This document shows positions 55,501-64,000 of a DNA stretch of 64,000 bases, in pieces. The notes under the pieces were generated by a model. That model was given only the letters and a program-made list of their open reading frames with translations, had not been told where the DNA came from and ran no database searches. The stretch is from assembly GCF_009914755.1 (NCBI RefSeq), contig NC_060928.1. One strand, given 5' to 3'. Origin of the DNA: the human T2T-CHM13v2.0 reference genome, Homo sapiens. Every line of letters begins with the position of its first letter. Position 1 is the stretch's first letter. The translations under genes were made by a program, and so were the position numbers.

Positions 55501-57538
55501 GACCAAAATTAATTGTAATTTACCATCCAAGACTATTCCCGGAAGTTTCAAACCTGTACAAGACTCTATAGTTCCAAAAGAGTTTTATCAGATAGATTGG
55601 GCCACTGCAGTCGTCTAGGTGGGGAGACAGATTCCTGTGTTTCCTACTCTGTTATCTTTCTTGAATCTTCCAATTCTACTCTTGAGCTAAAATTTAAACT
55701 AAACAATTAACATTTTTATATAAAATTATACTATTCATTGGTTTGATGATGTCCCATTATCTTTTTTAAATTAAATGCTTAGATTTTTTGTTTTTTGCTA
55801 TATCATCAATCATCATTTATGAAAAAAAATTAAATAACACATACCATATGAGAGCAGCTGTGAGGCCAAGAATAATTTCAACTGAAGTTGTACTATAATT
55901 GGAGTTCACTTATTCCACCGAGTTGGAAAGGCCATGTAAATCGTCACTTAATTTCAAGGTAGAAAAAACAATTTATTCACAAATTATCTTTTGGTTTCAT
56001 TAATTATACTCAGTTTCAGTATACTGAGGTAGATTCCTCCTACTATTGAACTACCTTTTGACCAGTAAATCTAATGCTATACAGAAACATTTTGAATCAG
56101 ATTAATGTTTATATAATCATAGAGCTAGTCTCAAATTTATATGGACAAACTCAAAATAATCACTGGAAATTTTTTAATCAAATATCATTAATTTAGAACT
56201 TATTAAAATTAGCTTTCTATCAAGTGGAAATGTTACCATTCTTCATTATGTTTCTCTGCACTCAATCCATTAATATCATCTTGCTGGATTATAAAATGAA
56301 GGTGAAAATATTGTCTCAAAATTACCATTGCTAAATATCCGTACAAAAAATAAAAATAGAAATGAAAGGTATGGATTTATGATGTTCTTAACTCATCATA
56401 CATTTGAATTAGCTTCTCTAATTTCAGAATTCAAGAAATTATCTAAGAAAACTTTATTGAGAAAATGAAAATTAAAGACCAAAATATTGTTTCCATGACA
56501 TGATAGTAAAAAAAAAAAAATGGAATCTGCATAAATAGTATAAGACGATCATATTGGAGGTTATGGAGTGTATATGGAAACTGAAGGGGTATATGAAAGG
56601 TGATTTTTTGCTTGAATCAATGTATAAAATAATGGTTTTCAAAAAAATCCATTTGGCTGCAAAACATTCTGAAAAAAATAAGGAAAGTTTTAGATTAATA
56701 TTTATCATTAGATGTCAGACTTGGTATAAAAGCTTGAAGCCATGTTTATTGTATTTTTATTTGCTAAAACCATTCGAGTCAATGATTTGCAAATAAAATT
56801 CTAAAAAATTGAAGGCCAAGACCATTATTACAAGCACAGTTTTCACACTATAATGTAGTATAAAGTACCTGAATTTTGAGGTTAGAAATAACTTGGTAGT
56901 TATAAGTATAAAATTAAAATACATGGATTTTATTTCTAAGTTACTCATCTTCTAGAACTAAAAATATGTATCCCAAGATATTACATATAATAAGTAAAAT
57001 ATCAAAATTAACATTTTCATGGTGACATTTAAAATAAATACTAAAATATATGATTGCAAAATTGGCTAAATTATTTCAAATATCAAGGGAAATGTTAACA
57101 CTTTTTTTTCTTATGGAAAGATGTGTTTATAAACTTTTTAAAATTTCCTGCTGCACGTATATAAACTATTTTGAAAAAATAAGCAAACCAGTTAAAAATT
57201 TCTTACATTTTTAAGATTTTTTTTTTCAGGCATACAACATATATAGGAGGCAATACTGAAGAAGGAAAAGAAAAATTGACAATTTACAACTAATAATTTG
57301 CTTGGTGATAATTGAAATTTCACCAATTTTCTATCTAATCTTTGTTTCATTTTTTTGAAACTTTAAAAATAAACTTTACCTTATTTTAAAAGTTTAACAT
57401 TTTAATTTTACAAAAATGGAATTTTTGTAAAATTATTATGTGTTGAGCAGTTCAGCTATATATTTCCAACACTTGAAATGTTTTTAAATATACATTATTT
57501 TCATTGTCTTTCCATTACTTGGTTACTGTCAATAAGAA

Positions 57539-57568
57539 TGTGTGTGTGCATGTGTGTGTATGTGTGTG
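57539..57568. repeat. Imperfect (TG)n microsatellite
   Basis: Seen directly. Confidence 0.85.
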
Positions 57569-58353
57569 GACCTTGAGTAATTAAAAATACATTTTCCTAA
57601 TGAAATAACACCAGAGTATTTTATTCAAAAAATATTTTATTTTTATTTCTTTTTTTTTCAAGACAAGTAATTCATCAGCAATAAAGATACTATTCATTTT
57701 ATTAAGACTGTTTATGAGAAGTCTTAATATATGAACAGCTTCTAATTCACAAGTTTGCAAAAGCATGTTTATATTAATTTCAGTGCCAGATTGATAATAC
57801 ATGTTATGTGTGCACAGGAATTAGATTTGACAGTCTTTTTTTTTAAAAAAAATAGTACTTGCTACCAAGGTTGTGGTAGACCTCTAATTAGGATATAACT
57901 TCCTGATCAGAGGCTACAGACATTAACCAAAGAGAACTTGACCTTTTTACTGCAAAATATGGTCTCATTTATTTAAAAAAAGTACTAAACATTTTTATAA
58001 GGTTATTACCAGTTACTTGTTAAGTGTATATGTGAATAGGGGTTCTATAAGAGCAGGTTTCTTTTTCTTTCTGTGTCTTATGGTTTTTCTCCTTTGAATA
58101 ATTTTTTGGTTGATGAGAAAACATGAGCTCACTTCTCAGTTTAAGAAGGTCTTGAACATCTGGCTCTTGATAGAGGAGAAACTTTGGCTCTGCTGGTCTT
58201 GAATTTTCTTTATTGAAAATCACTTTGACCTTTTCTGATCTGTACTGTTAGCAACCTCTATCATGTTAAAGGAATTTCACAATTGCTCCAGTCTGGTTTA
58301 TTAAGGTTCCCCTTTGTGTTTGGTACCAAAGCTTGTCCATCAAAGAAGTGTGA

Positions 58354-58777
58354 TTTTTTTTTATTTTTATTTCCATAGGTTATTGGGGAACAGGTGGTGT
58401 TTGGTTACATGAGTAAGTTCTTTAGCGGTGATTTGTGAGATTTTGGTGTACCCATCACCCAAGCAGTACACATAGCACACAATTTGTAGTCTTTTGTCCC
58501 TCAATCCCTTCCCACCCTTTCTCACTGAGTCCCCAAAATCCATTGTGTTATTCTTATGCATTTGTATCCTCACAGCTTAGCCCCCACTTATGAGTGAGAA
58601 TGTAGAATGTTTGGTTTTCCATTCCTGAGTTACTTCACCTAGAATAATAGTCTTCAATCTCATCCAGGTCCCTGCAAATGCCATTAATTGATTCCTTTTT
58701 ATGGCTGAGTGGTATTCCATCATATATATATACCACAGTTTCTTTATCAACTCATTGACTGATGGGCGTTTGGCTTG
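58354..58777 (-). mobile_element. L1PB1-like 3' end
   Basis: 'tttccataggttattggggaacaggtggtgtttggttacatgagtaagttctttagcggtgatttgtgagattttgg'; ORF 58577-58906 ends with ORF2 C-terminal sequence. Confidence 0.93.
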
Positions 58778-59571
58778 TCTGACATTTTTGCAATACCTCT
58801 TTAATAATACCTTTAATAATACCTCTCTCTCAGAGCAAAAAGTAATTTCTAGAATAGAAAAAAATAAAAAGAGGAAATTTTTAAGGTAGCCTTGCAAAGG
58901 AAACATCAGATTGGAAAATTATATTCCAATATTCCAATCAGCAACATCAAAGAACATGAAATAAATATTTCATAATTTTATCAATTATTCAAAATTAAAT
59001 ATTAAAATTCCAAAATGCAAACTTTCCTAACATAAAGGAATGCATATTGATCAAGGCCTATTTATTACCACATTTATATGAAAGTATCTTTCAGCTGAAT
59101 TTTTGATCAGTTTTTATTATTTTATTATTTGGATCACATTTTATTATTCATTTTTATTATTTTGATCACTTTTTATTTATTAAAAAGGGATGATGAAACA
59201 TCTTCTTCTCTTTTTCAGTTAGCACACACACAGTTACATACAGATTTATTAGTAGATAAACCATAAGCTTAATTGAGATCTTTTTGATAGTTGGCAAATA
59301 AAAAAATTGCTTGTCAGCCTAATCTATATTTTTAATCTTTTTCTGCAGTATAAATAAACTTTAACTGTAATTCTATATGTCAGGGTAAATATGCTACATT
59401 GTCCGGTTTGGGTTCAGTGACATTCACTAATTACATTGTAACAGAATTTTAGTTTAGGTATTCTACCTTCTTCCAAGAATTCCACATGCTTTTTAGTAAA
59501 TTGGCTATATGATTCTTTGGAATTCCCTGAGAAACCTATTTTTGTTTGAAAAAAAATCTAATTAGTGCCTC

Positions 59572-59962
59572 TCTTAAAAGAAAAACTTTAGACAAGTTAG
59601 GTTTATCAGAGTTTATTTGTGCAAAGACAAATTCAGGAATCAGGCAGCACTCTGAACAGGATAAGTTCATAGATTTCCACCCAGGAATGTGGGTAGGAAG
59701 TATTTATAAACAGAAAAAAGAAAAGTGACTTACAGAATTATCTTGATTGGTTACAGCTTGACATTTGCCTTATTTCAGTATGATCTGATCAGTTGGCAGC
59801 CTGTGGTTGTCTGAAGCTTAGCTACTGTGATTGGTTAAAACAACTATTTGTTAAAATAATAAACTCTTAAGTTACAGTTTCTTGATATACTAATTTAGGT
59901 TGCAATTTGTTACGTATGGACTCAAGATATAGAAGAAGCTTTTGGCCAGATCCAGTTTAACA
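59572..59962 (-). mobile_element. MER57/MER93-like ERV1 solo LTR
   Basis: 'aaaagaaaaactttagacaag...tgattggttacagc...tttaaca'; 4-bp TSD CCTC at 59568-59571 and 59963-59966. Confidence 0.85.
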
Positions 59963-59966
59963 CCTC

Positions 59967-60350
59967 TCATCCTCTATCCAAAGTGATTGGTTAAAGGGTG
60001 ATGTTAAGCTTATTTTGTTGAAAGAGACATCAAGAAAAACTGACTGTGGCTCCCAGGAAAGAATCTTGATTAATATTCTAAGGCACGCGGCAAGATATGA
60101 AGAAGAATGAATGCCACCACAATAGACTGTTGGCTGTCATCCTCCACCATAAAGAAAGCCAGCCTTAAGATGAACATATTCTACAAGACAAATAATTTTA
60201 AAAGTGTGTCTTTTTCTGACATTGTTAAATATGGATGAGTGTTGTCATAAAGTTGACCCAGGATATAGACTTTTCAGTTAGCCAATATACAACTATTTTT
60301 ATAGCCTATACAAATTGAATTTTCCTTTACTTACATCTAAATAATTCCCA
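59967..60350 (+). mobile_element. Old MLT1 (J/K-like) LTR fragment
   Basis: 'agtgattggttaaagggtg...gacttttcagttagccaata...gaattttcctttacttaca'. Confidence 0.5.
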
Positions 60351-60612
60351 TTTGCAGCTAAAAACCAACTTTTTTCTTATTTTTTTTACATAGTAACACA
60401 CATTTAAAGTAATGATATCTGTATGATAAACTTTAAAATTAAGTAGGCTGCTCATAGGTAGAGATAAATATATTACAATTTTCTATTCGTTTCTATAGAG
60501 GCTAAGTTCATACATAAAAAATCATCATAATTTTGTTTGACTTCTCCTGCTTAGTCCACTAATTTCTTGGATATGCTAGTAATCACACATTTCAAACAAA
60601 GGAAATAAAATA

Positions 60613-60983
60613 CAGATGCTCCTTGATGTAAGATGGGATTACATCCTAAGAAACTCATTATAAGATGAAAATAATATAAGTTGAAATTGCATTTGATGCA
60701 CCTAACCTACCAAATATCATATATTAGCCTAGTCTAACTTAAATGTGCTCAGAACACTTATATTAGCTAGCCTATAATTGGGCAAAATCAAATAACATAA
60801 ATACCATTTATAATAAAGTACTGAATATCTCATGGAATTTATTGAACACTGTACTGAAAGTTAAAAAACAGTGGTTGTATAAGTACTAAAAGTAGAGTTT
60901 CTACTGAATGCATATCAGTTTTACACCATCATATATTGAAAAACCATAATGTAAGTCAAACCATAATGTAAGTGACCATACTA
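60613..60983. mobile_element. MER47A (Tigger-family MITE)
   Basis: TA followed by 'cagatgctccttgatgtaagatgggattacatcc...cctaacctaccaaatatcat...aaatgtgctcagaacactta...tttctactgaatgcatatc'. Confidence 0.9.
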
Positions 60984-62299
60984 TATTTCATATTCTAGAT
61001 TCTTTCTATTAAAAAAACAAAATTATTTCATAGAAGCTTTAAAGAGGTTAAAATTAATTGAAGATAGCATTTATTTACTACTTACTTATTCAGCATTATG
61101 AGAAGAAATTAAGTCTCAATTTTCTTCACTGAGGAAGTGATTATTTTGTATCACATGAGTACATAAGCAGTTTTGCATCATCATAGTATATTAACATGTT
61201 GTCTTCTAAAACCAATACTTGCAGTCTTGAATTTTGTATGCCTTTGAGATTGTTAGCACAATTGTAATACATATTTAAAAGTATTGTATTCATGTACATT
61301 GCTTTGTATATTTGGTTACATTTATGTAATTCCCCCACCTCCATAGTTTACTGCATATCCTTGCAAGTTTCTGGTGATTATCTGGAAGCATGAATAAATC
61401 ACATCCATCTGGCCTATACTTCAAAAACTCATAATCGAAGAAATATTGGCCTAAAATAATTTATGTCCTCTAACTGGCAGTTGTAAAGTTTCTGATGATG
61501 TCTCTCCTACATGTATCTTGATTGTAGATATATTAAAACATCTGAGTGTAACAGAGAAAATGGGGATGTAATATTTTAGCATCGGAATATAGTACTATAA
61601 TTATTTAGACAATTTCGTAGTTGCAGAAGCAAACATTGCCCTTTCAGCATGATGCTGTACCTTCCCAATTTAGAAATCAGATAATTCAAATATGATTTGT
61701 TATATCAGTAACATAAAATCCACTAAAGAAAGGCTAGAAAGAAAGTGGATTATGGAGCTACAAACAAATCTCCTCTTTTAAATACATTTATTTTCATGTA
61801 AATTAACACTTATACCTATAAATGGGATCCTAATATTCTTTTAGCTTAAATACTATACTTCATCTTATTAAAATTGTGAAAATACAAAATATTTTTATCT
61901 TCTGTTCATTAAAAGAACTAAATGCCTAGAAGTTATCTTGCTTCATTTCCAGGTGTTTCGCCCATAAAATTTGAAATATCTAAGCTATATACAAATGCTA
62001 ATAAAAACAACACTTTTAAATAAACTACTGTGAGGAGTATGTAATATGATTGACAAATAATATAGGTAAATAATATGCCTTACACTAAGTAAATATAGCA
62101 AAAATGCTTTTAAAATTATTTATGTAATGTTATTTTAGCAGTTTTGAATACACATGCTTTCTTCTTGACAATTTTATAGAACATAAAATTTGGATATAAA
62201 TTGTATATTAAAATGTCATATTTAAAATTCATTCAAAAATTGGTTGGCAGTGTCTTTTTTTTCAGTTGAAAAACCCATTGATTTAGAATCTAACCACCT

Positions 62300-63560
62300 G
62301 CTACAGCAGATGAGTGCCTCTTCCTCTTTGAAAGGAGAATGCCTCAATCTGTGCTTTGGATCTCTTTGAACTATTTTCTATCCCAGTGCTTATTATCTAT
62401 TCTTTCTCTCAACATGCAATCAGGTTCTCTCAATTTGATTCTTCTCATTTTTAAAAGCATCTTCTCAGTTCTCCTTATTTCAAAAATCAATAACAGTAGC
62501 AGCAGCAACAAAACTTCTGAATCCTATTTCTTCCTTTTGTCAACCTATACTAAGCTTTCCTTCATGACTGACACTCTCAAAACGTGTGCCTATTCTTATT
62601 GTTTTTATTTTGTCACCAACATGTCTGGCAATTCATTGGAACTGGCTTCTGTCTCTATTAATAACCTAAGCAGCTCCCACTACTAAACAAAGCCATAGCC
62701 TCTGTGTTACTAAGTCCAAATCTCATTCTACCCAGAGTGTTAATCCCCCCACCCATTCATTTATTTCTATGTACTTTGTTTTTTCTTTTACAATATTCTC
62801 ATGCATTTTTTCTACCTCACTGACCACCCATTCAGTCTCCTGTGCAAATCCGGTTTCAATAATAAAACCACGGTAAATTGAGTTTCTCCAGGTCAGACCT
62901 AGAAAACCTTCTCTTTTCAATCTATACCTTCTTCCTTGATCTTATCCAAATCTTAGGTTTTGAGATTTACTTTATTGAAAGAAAACTTACAAATGTATAT
63001 CATCATTTTAGTTATCTCCTCAGAGCTCATGATGGAATATGCTGTTTGGTATCTCTGTTTATCTTAAAAACACTTCACAAACAACATTCTAAAGGATGAA
63101 AAAGACTTACACTCAAAAGACATGTGTAACTATTCTGTTATACAGGACAGTAATTTACTTTTGTCCTTCTCCACTCCATCAAACTTAAGCTCAACATCAA
63201 ACTCTATCAAACTGAACCATATTATGTCTATTAAATCTTCACATTTATCTTCACAATGCAACCCCCTTCTCTCCTGTCTCCCTGTTATGTAGATACACAC
63301 ACACACAAACTAGTCCAAGATATTTTCATGTGTCTTCTAGAATATTAGTTATTCTGTTGAACCTCCTTTTTTTGCTTCCAGTCAATTCTCCATTTCTGCA
63401 TTCAGAATTCCAAAGTGCAAATGTTATCTGAAAAATAAGCCCTTCATTAAAACATTTAAATGGCTCTTCAATGCCCTCAGCCATAAAAAAAAGTCTTTAA
63501 TATTTGTCCCATGAAGTGCTGTGTGATAGGCCCTCTAATTGTCTTCCCAGCAGATTCTCA
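62300..63560 (+). mobile_element. Diverged L2 fragments
   Basis: Pyrimidine-rich L2-like sequence, e.g. 'ccttctcttttcaatctataccttcttcc', 'aaatggctcttcaatgccctcag'. Confidence 0.6.
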
Positions 63561-63599
63561 CAATGTGATACTGTGAGCAACGCTATGTTATATAAACTC

Positions 63600-64000
63600 A
63601 CTTATTAAAGTCTAATAGTACATTCAGAAACATGAGCGGGTCATAAATACACACCTAGATAAATGTTCATGAAGTGATTACATGTAAGCAACCAGAATAT
63701 TCTTGAGAAAAAGACCTTAAGTGCAACCCAGAAAACCTCTCATCCTTTCTCCTACTCATCTCACTCTCTCCTGAAAAGTAACTATCCTTGTATATGCATG
63801 ATAGATTAATTTTCTTTAAGTTTGAAATATATGCAAATGGAACCATATATTATGTCTTATTTTATTTCTGGCAAATTTTATTCAAGATTAGATTTATGTC
63901 TTCTGTATAAAATAAGTTATTTATTTTGTCAGTAGATGGTTAATGAGCATTTGGGTTACTTTTGTATTTTTAATTACTACAGTTAATATTATAGCTAGCC
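63600..64000 (-). mobile_element. L1ME-like 3' region
   Basis: 'aaaagtaactatcc...gcaaatggaaccatatattatgtcttattttatttctggc...tagatggt'. Confidence 0.6.

Larger units (their letters stand above)
49397..55667 (-). mobile_element. Long L1MB-like element (3' UTR through ORF2 to 5' region, with internal deletions), interrupted by MLT2B
   Basis: 3' end 'aaaatttactatcttaaccac'; continuous reverse ORF2 sequence (ORF 52791-52979 MDKFLETQNL..NLNRPITSNEI); 5'-end-like 'gagacagattcctgtgtttcctactctg'. Confidence 0.88.

Noticed and set aside
57217-57235. Strong-looking splice acceptors (also about 42275-42290)
   Set aside because: Polypyrimidine-CAG motifs are common; no paired donor or coding frame supports an exon.
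60941-60973. 17-bp tandem repeat at the MER47A end
   Set aside because: The MER47A terminus natively contains a similar short repeat; at most a minor local slippage.

Overview
AT-rich, CpG-poor primate (human-like) genomic DNA, either intergenic or deep-intronic. It contains L1PA/PB/MA/MB/MC/ME LINEs, L2, Alu/FLAM, MaLR and ERV LTRs (THE1, MLT1, MLT2, MER50 and others) and DNA-transposon fossils (Tigger2, Charlie1, MER47A, MADE1, MER5). I find no intact host protein-coding gene, RNA gene or prokaryote-type system. Long ORFs in the track are L1 ORF2 or THE1-internal remnants. The main non-repeat feature, missed by the ORF track, is an old, intronless, disabled PGAM1 (phosphoglycerate mutase 1) retrocopy on the minus strand at about 26235-27863. 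It has no poly(A) tail or TSD and sits antisense between the 5' and 3' halves of an L1MC-like element, with apparent microhomology at both junctions. Other notable structures are a twin-primed L1PA with a 44-bp inverted duplication, a full-length THE1 with its TSD, a tandem ISRE-like motif and several local duplications and palindromes. I found no evidence of a wholly new biological system. Repeat subfamily names come from recalled consensus sequences, not a database search, and boundaries of old elements are approximate.
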